Positions 58,122-64,000 of a stretch of DNA of 64,000 nucleotides are shown one piece after another. A program made the translations under genes and the position numbers. Origin of the DNA: Candidatus Thorarchaeota archaeon (GTDB lineage: Archaea; Asgardarchaeota; Thorarchaeia; Thorarchaeales; Thorarchaeaceae); assembly GCA_019057475.1 (NCBI GenBank), contig DXJO01000006.1:128001-192000 (forward strand), written 5' to 3'. The notes under the pieces were generated by a model, which ran no database searches, was not told the DNA's origin, and saw only the letters and a list, made by a program, of their open reading frames with translations. Numbering within the stretch: the stretch's first letter is position 1; each line of letters opens with the position of its first letter.

Positions 58122-58658
58122 ATGACCAAAGCCACTGCTGATTTCATTCATAAACTGGTTTTCCTGGGGGACTCTTCTGTGGGCAAGACATCTCTGGTCC
58201 AACGATACGTCTACAACAGCTTGGATCCGAACATAGGGCGGACAATAGGTGCCATGCTCCACGTGAAGATAGTGCAGTATGAGGATGCTTTGCACAAGCT
58301 GGTGATCTGGGATCTTGGAGGACAACAGTCATTCCACGTCTTACGAGAGCAGTACTGTGCACAGGCTTCTGGAGCCTTCTTTGTCATGGACAGGACACGC
58401 CCTGACACGTTGGAAAGCATTGACTCCTGGCTTGGTGACCTGTACAATGCCGCTGGAAAGGTTCCTGTTGTCGTGGTGGAGAACAAGGTCGACTTGGAGC
58501 CGGCAATTTCGCATGACAAAATAGTTCAGGAAGTTGAATCAAGAGGGCACAAACTGATAACAACAAGCGCGCTTGAAAATCGCAACGTCAACCAAGCATT
58601 CACAGAGCTTCTTGTTGAGGTTGCTAAGAAAACCAGAGAGAAAGAAACAATCATTTGA
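58122..58658 (+). CDS. Rab-like small GTPase 2
   Basis: G1 GDSSVGKT, G2 RTIG, G3 WDLGGQ, G4 ENKVD, G5 TSAL; GGAGG SD before ATG 58122. Confidence 0.92.
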   Translation: MTKATADFIHKLVFLGDSSVGKTSLVQRYVYNSLDPNIGRTIGAMLHVKIVQYEDALHKLVIWDLGGQQSFHVLREQYCAQASGAFFVMDRTRPDTLESIDSWLGDLYNAAGKVPVVVVENKVDLEPAISHDKIVQEVESRGHKLITTSALENRNVNQAFTELLVEVAKKTREKETII

Positions 58659-58763
58659 AGCTCAAGCAGTTCACTCTCTTCTGTAGATACATGGCAGAGT
58701 CACGCATCTGGATACTTGCGGTTTCAGAAGCCTTACAGTAATTGCAAATGTTCTACAATGAAG

Positions 58764-58953
58764 CATATGTATCATATGACGAAGCATTATAGCAATAGAT
58801 TGTAATAGTACAGCCTGAGGGGGGAGTTCCCTAGTAGGGGACACGGAGCGGCGGTAGCGCCACCATCGTCGCTCCGGCGATTAATTTATCTCTTAGCAAG
58901 ACCTAACCAATACAAGTGCAAACCATTTGTTTCATATGACGCATCGTTTGCAC
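58764..58953 (+). promoter_or_regulatory. Putative operator/leader upstream of the AbrB-PhoU regulator
   Basis: TCATATGACG at 58772 and 58932 (palindromic core TCATATGA); GC-rich stem 58844-58876; GTGCAAAC/GTTTGCAC inverted repeat 58916-58953. Confidence 0.45.
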
Positions 58954-58964
58954 ACCTGCGGTCC

Positions 58965-60017
58965 ATGCAATTAGGTGGCTTTGTGTTGATAACGACTCGA
59001 AAACTCAATAGAGTACGTAATTCGCTCTATGTTTATCTGCCGAAACAGTGGTGTTCCGACTACAACCTGACAAGCGATTCGGAGGTTCGCATTCAAGAGG
59101 GCGCGGACGGTACGCTTATGATATCGCCCACTTCCACGAAACCCAAGGAGAGGGATTATCTTCGATTTCAGATAGATGATGTGATCAAGGACCAAATCGA
59201 GAACTTGTTGGTCGGAGCGTATATAGTGGGGGTGCAAGGACTCAATATCGGCACGTCCAAGCCTCTGGATATGAAGACCCGCGAAAGAATAAGTAGTTGG
59301 ATCAGGAAGCTGCCAGGTTTCGAGATTCTGGACGAGCATGAGAAGAGCGTTACAATTAATGACACAAGCGAGAAGCAGTTCGTACTACCTGTGTTGAGAC
59401 GACAATTCTCCACAACAAAATACATGCTCGGGGGTCTCCTGCGGGCTCTGGAAACTGGCGAAACAGAGGAGACCTCTAGAATCGTAAGCCGGGATGATGA
59501 TGTTGACCGTCATCGATACTTCGTTGAGCGGCTCTGCCACATTGCCCTGCACGACCCTGCCTACGCGCGCCGGATTTCAATAACAACCTCTGATTGTCTT
59601 CACTTTAGTCTTGCGGCGAAGTACATCGAAAGAATAGCTGACCATGTGTGTGGTGCTATTGCCGAAATAGCTAACGTTGAGGAAGTCGATCCGTTTCTTG
59701 CTAAGTCAGGCAAAGCCCTCGCGAAAGCTTATGATGAAGCAACTCATACATTCTTCAGTTCCGAGGCAAATCGGGGGGATAAACGTCGAACAGCCCTCAC
59801 AAAAGCATCTAGAGAAGCATTCGAAGCGTTGATCAGTGCCAAACGGATGTCAGTAAGGCTCTCTAAGCGAGAAACCTCAAAGAGAAGCTACGGACCACAT
59901 GAGGCTCTAATTCTATTCCACATGGAGAGAATAGCATCCTATTGCAGCGACATTGGAGAGGTTGCAATCAATCGAATCATCGAGAAACGAATCCATGGGC
60001 CGTCGATAGTGGAGTGA
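58965..60017 (+). CDS. phoU: Archaeal phosphate uptake regulator (AbrB domain + two PhoU domains)
   Basis: TRKLNRVRNSLYVYLPKQW; DDDVDR; IERIADH; MERIASY. Confidence 0.88.
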   Translation: MQLGGFVLITTRKLNRVRNSLYVYLPKQWCSDYNLTSDSEVRIQEGADGTLMISPTSTKPKERDYLRFQIDDVIKDQIENLLVGAYIVGVQGLNIGTSKPLDMKTRERISSWIRKLPGFEILDEHEKSVTINDTSEKQFVLPVLRRQFSTTKYMLGGLLRALETGETEETSRIVSRDDDVDRHRYFVERLCHIALHDPAYARRISITTSDCLHFSLAAKYIERIADHVCGAIAEIANVEEVDPFLAKSGKALAKAYDEATHTFFSSEANRGDKRRTALTKASREAFEALISAKRMSVRLSKRETSKRSYGPHEALILFHMERIASYCSDIGEVAINRIIEKRIHGPSIVE

Positions 60018-60022
60018 TTGTA

Positions 60023-60868
60023 ATGGTTACCGACAGCTCAAAATCAAAGCACCTCAACGAACTAAATGGCAAGGACTGGGTCAAATCTACCAAGTCTTGG
60101 TTTGTTGTAAATCCTAGGCCGCGCAGGAAGGCACAGAAGAACCATCCTGCGAAATTTCCTGAAGAGCTTGTCAGTCGCTTTGTGCAGTTTTTTACCCAAC
60201 CTGACGCATGGGTGATTGACCCTTTCGCCGGCGTAGGAAGTACATCCGTGGCTTGTGGTCAGCTCGAAAGGAACTCCGTAGGAATTGAGCTAATGCCTGA
60301 ATTCGTTGAGATAGGTCTCGAGGCTCTCAAAGCGACATCCATTGGCACTGAACACCATTTAATTGTGGGAGATTCTACTAAGATAGATAGTGTACTTGCT
60401 GAGCACTTCGGCGACGATTTACCGGTATTTGATTTCCTGATAACGTCACCCCCGTATTGGAATATGCTGCGCAAGTCGCGTGGAGGGAATGAAACAGTTC
60501 ACAAAGAGAGAGAGGCCAAAGGACTCAAGCAGTACTACAGCGATTCGAATCTGGATATTGGTAACATAAACTCGTACGAGAGCTACATCGAATCTGTTGG
60601 CCGAGTATTGGATGGTGTCCGTCCGTTCCTTTCTGACGGAGCGTATCTCGCGGTTGTTGCTCAAAACATGCGTGACGTTGATGGGATTATGCGACCCATT
60701 GCGTGGGACCTTGCACGCAGACTGTCTCACACCTACGAACTGAAACAGGAACAGATCTGGTGTCAGGATAACAAGCGCCTAGGTTGTTGGGGATTTCCCA
60801 CTACCTATGTTTCGAACGTACACCACCATTACTGCCTTGTGCTCCAAAAAGCAAAAGCGAAAACCTAA
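60023..60868 (+). CDS. Orphan N4-cytosine/N6-adenine DNA methyltransferase
   Basis: HPAKFP, DPFAGVGST (motif I) before TSPPY (motif IV); ATG 60023 preferred. Confidence 0.85.
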   Translation: MVTDSSKSKHLNELNGKDWVKSTKSWFVVNPRPRRKAQKNHPAKFPEELVSRFVQFFTQPDAWVIDPFAGVGSTSVACGQLERNSVGIELMPEFVEIGLEALKATSIGTEHHLIVGDSTKIDSVLAEHFGDDLPVFDFLITSPPYWNMLRKSRGGNETVHKEREAKGLKQYYSDSNLDIGNINSYESYIESVGRVLDGVRPFLSDGAYLAVVAQNMRDVDGIMRPIAWDLARRLSHTYELKQEQIWCQDNKRLGCWGFPTTYVSNVHHHYCLVLQKAKAKT

Positions 60869-60935
60869 GAGGAAATCTCTCAAAGCGGAGTCAGCCATCT
60901 CACATTTGTAATGGCGTAGGGAGAGGAGAATCACA

Positions 60936-63629
60936 ATGTTCAAACACGGTCGCCACCTCATCTGTTCGCTTCTAATTCTGTCTATTGTTGTGTCTGCAAG
61001 TCCATTATGGAACGAGGCACATGTTGCTTCAAATCATATTCAAACATCGTTCACGCCTGCAGATTTCGCTTGGGAAACGTTCTCTAGGGACATGAACGTC
61101 ACAACATTTGTTTCACCGGATGGCAGTCGCGATGAGATTTGGCACCTATTGCAGAGTGCTCAGGACAGCATCTACGTTGAGATTTATGGTATTAACAATC
61201 CCTACATTCTTGACCTCATCCACGAGCTGCATGATTCAAAACCAATGCTGGAGATGAAATTCCTCCTAGGGTGGAACAGCTTGGGATATTACAGTCCAAA
61301 TGATTACGTGGCAAATAACCTTACAGAGCTCGGCTATCCCGTCAGATGGACCAATGATACAGAGTTCACCTATGCTCATCAGAAATTCTTCATCATCGAC
61401 AACATAACTACTGTGGTACATTCTGGCAACTGGGCAAAGACTAGCTTTCCAGAGGATGGTAAGAAAGCCAATCGTGAGTGGAGCATTGCTATGACTGACT
61501 TGGTCATTACAGAGTACTACCGTTCAGTATTTGATTATGATTGGGGGAACGGGATAGACTATGATCCAGTGATTCACGGCACAGGCGAGCCTCTTGTGTA
61601 CACTGAAGCCTCCAGCACCTATCATCGACCATTCAATGAATCTGGGCACTTTAGCGGCACAATGAATGTAACACCCATAGTCAGTCCGGAAACCAGTCTG
61701 CAGGGAATTCTTTACTGCATAGACAGCGCAAAGGTCACATTAGACATCCAAATCCCCTACTTCACAAGCTATGGTGATGCAGGAGCAGTCGATGATGTCG
61801 TGGATGCCATCATCGCAGCAAAAGAACGAGGCGTGACTGTACGAGTGATTACTGAAGAGGGGCAAAAGGATAATGATGCAGTTGCTGCTGACCTAATGGC
61901 CTACGACATTCCTGTTATCTGGCAAGATGAGCGATGGTTTACTGCACAGCACAACAAGGGCATCATCGTTGATGGCCGCATGGTACTCATCAGCAGAATA
62001 AACTACAGCGACGGCAGCATTACTGCCAACCGTGAAGCAGGAGTAATTATCCTACACGAGGGCATTGCTCAATGGTACCAAGAGATTTACGACTTCGACT
62101 GGGGTTTGGGTGATTGTGATGTCATGGAGGAAGTCAATCTCTATTGGGAGCCAAACATACCCAAAGATGACGCAATAATCAATGTAACAGTATACACACA
62201 GAAGCTGTATTCAGATGTTACCGAGGTCAAACTCGGTGTTAGAATCGCTGAGGGGGGCTGGATCAACCACACTATCACAGCCAATGTCTTTCCGTCAGCA
62301 GAAGGTCAATATGAGAACTACTACCATGAAATTGCCGCTCAGCCAAACTTCACGAATATATCTGTGCAAGCCTTCGTTGAAGCTCTTGGGGTTTGGCACA
62401 CTGGTGTAGAAATGCAGATACGCGTCCTCAACGAAATCGATTACACCTTCACGATTGATAGTCCTGAGGACATGGAATACGAAGCAGGTAGCATTGGACA
62501 TTCAATAACGTGGTCACCGATTTCGTACAAAGCCCATAGTTACGAAGTTTACAGAAATGGCACAGAGGTAGCCTCCGGCAATTGGAATGGCTCGCCAATC
62601 ACTGTTTCAATTGATGGATTATTTGCGAATCTGTATAACTTCACACTCAATGTGACTGATACTGAGGGACTATCCCGATACGATACGGTGTATGTGCGTA
62701 CACATCCATCGATTGACCCAACAATAACTGCGCCTGCAGATATGGGGTACGAGTACGGTTCTTCAGGACATTTCTTGGAGTGGGAGTCATACGATTTATA
62801 CCCGAACTCGTATCAGGTATACCGCAACGGGACGCTTCACCTCTCTGGTAACTGGAGCGGAGCGAGTATTGTGGTTCAGGTTGATGGTCTAGACCTTGCG
62901 ATGTTCAACTACACTCTCATCGTTTTCGATGATTCAAGCAATTCAGCAAAAAGCACAGTCTGGGTTACTGTTGTTGATACAACCAGTCCCACAATCAATC
63001 ATCCCTCAGACTCTGAGGTCGAGGTTGGTACTTCAGGGAATCTGATTACATGGTCACCTGGAGACCTTCTTCCTTCTTCATATGAGATACTGCGAAACGG
63101 AGCCGTCCTGTATTCAGGAATTTGGACAGGATCAAGCATTGTGATAAACGTAGACGGATTGGCCCTTGGATTATTCAACTATACAGTGCAAGTTTCTGAT
63201 ACCAGTGGAAACACTGCTACGGATACTGTCTTCGTAACTGTGATTGACACCACTAGTCCAAGCATCAATGGTCCCGCAGCCACTGACTATCTCTACGACA
63301 GTACGGGTAACTCCATTGTCTGGGTCGGGTCAGACATCCTCCCGATGTCATATCAAATCCTCAGAAACGGAGCTGTTATTGATAGTGGAATCTGGGATGG
63401 GTCTGACATCACTATTTCGATTGACGGTCTAGAACCGGGAGAGTACAATTTCACAATTGCTGTTATAGACACGAGTGGGAACACAGCAACACACACCACA
63501 ATTGTAACTGTAACCCAACCGCTTGATGTCGTTGGAATGCTACTTGAGAATTGGGCGATTCTCGTAACAGCGGTTTCAGTGCTCGCCTTTGTGATTCTTG
63601 GGTCTCGCGTATGTCGATCTAAACGATGA
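60936..63629 (+). CDS. Cell-surface phospholipase D-family protein with Ig-like repeats and C-terminal TM anchor
   Basis: Signal peptide; HQKFFIID and HNKGIIVD HKD motifs; four repeats of about 90 aa; C-terminal TM + basic tail. Confidence 0.85.
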   Translation: MFKHGRHLICSLLILSIVVSASPLWNEAHVASNHIQTSFTPADFAWETFSRDMNVTTFVSPDGSRDEIWHLLQSAQDSIYVEIYGINNPYILDLIHELHDSKPMLEMKFLLGWNSLGYYSPNDYVANNLTELGYPVRWTNDTEFTYAHQKFFIIDNITTVVHSGNWAKTSFPEDGKKANREWSIAMTDLVITEYYRSVFDYDWGNGIDYDPVIHGTGEPLVYTEASSTYHRPFNESGHFSGTMNVTPIVSPETSLQGILYCIDSAKVTLDIQIPYFTSYGDAGAVDDVVDAIIAAKERGVTVRVITEEGQKDNDAVAADLMAYDIPVIWQDERWFTAQHNKGIIVDGRMVLISRINYSDGSITANREAGVIILHEGIAQWYQEIYDFDWGLGDCDVMEEVNLYWEPNIPKDDAIINVTVYTQKLYSDVTEVKLGVRIAEGGWINHTITANVFPSAEGQYENYYHEIAAQPNFTNISVQAFVEALGVWHTGVEMQIRVLNEIDYTFTIDSPEDMEYEAGSIGHSITWSPISYKAHSYEVYRNGTEVASGNWNGSPITVSIDGLFANLYNFTLNVTDTEGLSRYDTVYVRTHPSIDPTITAPADMGYEYGSSGHFLEWESYDLYPNSYQVYRNGTLHLSGNWSGASIVVQVDGLDLAMFNYTLIVFDDSSNSAKSTVWVTVVDTTSPTINHPSDSEVEVGTSGNLITWSPGDLLPSSYEILRNGAVLYSGIWTGSSIVINVDGLALGLFNYTVQVSDTSGNTATDTVFVTVIDTTSPSINGPAATDYLYDSTGNSIVWVGSDILPMSYQILRNGAVIDSGIWDGSDITISIDGLEPGEYNFTIAVIDTSGNTATHTTIVTVTQPLDVVGMLLENWAILVTAVSVLAFVILGSRVCRSKR
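62450..63520 (+). repeat. Four tandem Ig-like domain repeats within the PLD gene
   Basis: Recurrent PTI..P.D..YE.G..G..I.W, Y....RNG....SG.W.G..I.V..DGL..YN.T..V.D.SGN units; boundaries approximate. Confidence 0.75.
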
Positions 63630-63687
63630 GCATTGCACTCATGTCCACTTCAGACCATTCATATACTAAGAATCGAAGCCAAACGTT

Positions 63688-64000
63688 ATGCCTGAACAGT
63701 TTCGAAACCTCCAACTTTCGGATGAGAGATCAGTTAGAGAGCTCTGTAAGGACATCTGGGAAGGTAACGACTATGTACCTGATCGCTTCTCCAGCTGGAT
63801 TAGGGAGGATAATTCTAATCCGATTGGTCTCTTTATTGATGGGGAACTTGTTGCCTTAGGGAATCTTGCAGCCGCTCCTGACTCTCCTGTTGCTTGGATT
63901 AAGGGACTTAGGGTGAACACGAGCCGCCAACACGAAGGTCATGGGACAAAACTGGTTGAACATATGATCAACCTGGCGAAGAAAAGGGGCATCAAGAAGC
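63688..64000 (+). CDS. GNAT-family acetyltransferase (partial; runs off window end)
   Basis: Not in the ORF track; hand translation MPEQFRNL..CKDIWEGNDYVP..WIKGLRVNTSRQHEGHGTKLV with the acetyl-CoA motif. Confidence 0.8.
   Translation, partial: MPEQFRNLQLSDERSVRELCKDIWEGNDYVPDRFSSWIREDNSNPIGLFIDGELVALGNLAAAPDSPVAWIKGLRVNTSRQHEGHGTKLVEHMINLAKKRGIKK

Noticed and set aside
60023-63629. Methyltransferase + PLD as a BfiI-like restriction-modification system
   Set aside because: The PLD protein has a signal peptide, Ig stalk and TM anchor, so it is extracellular
1-64000. Mobile elements, provirus, tRNA or rRNA
   Set aside because: No transposase, integrase, capsid, att site, cloverleaf or rRNA motif recognised by eye; a tRNAscan/Infernal run is needed to exclude small RNAs fully

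Overview
Gene-dense archaeal chromosome segment, most consistent with an Asgard archaeon of Thorarchaeia type. That assignment is inferred from gene content: tetraether synthase Tes, a Sulfolobus-type geranylgeranyl reductase and CofE, plus the eukaryotic-signature proteins profilin, a single-domain gelsolin, two tandem Rab-like GTPases and an EMC3/TMCO1-family insertase. About 55 CDSs. Metabolic themes are purine/nucleoside salvage (adenine deaminase, amidohydrolases, BMP-type ABC importer), lipid and lipoate synthesis (Tes, GGR, LipS2, split LplA/LplB) and several MFS/DMT transporters. I found no rRNA, tRNA, CRISPR array, integrase or transposase. Best candidates for undescribed biology: (1) a two-gene module of a PIP-box-like/basic-tail protein and a HEAT-repeat protein ending in an MCM-C-terminus-like winged helix; (2) a translationally coupled pair of membrane proteins sharing a Zn-ribbon + B-box module in permuted order; (3) a locus with a coiled-coil/winged-helix protein divergent from a Pro-rich Zn-ribbon protein and two Rabs; (4) an ABC ATPase with a hydrophobic hairpin inserted inside its first nucleotide-binding domain; (5) a roughly 400-nt hairpin-rich intergenic region; (6) an unannotated 34-aa C2H2 zinc-finger microprotein. 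All family calls come from motif recognition by eye; no searches were run.
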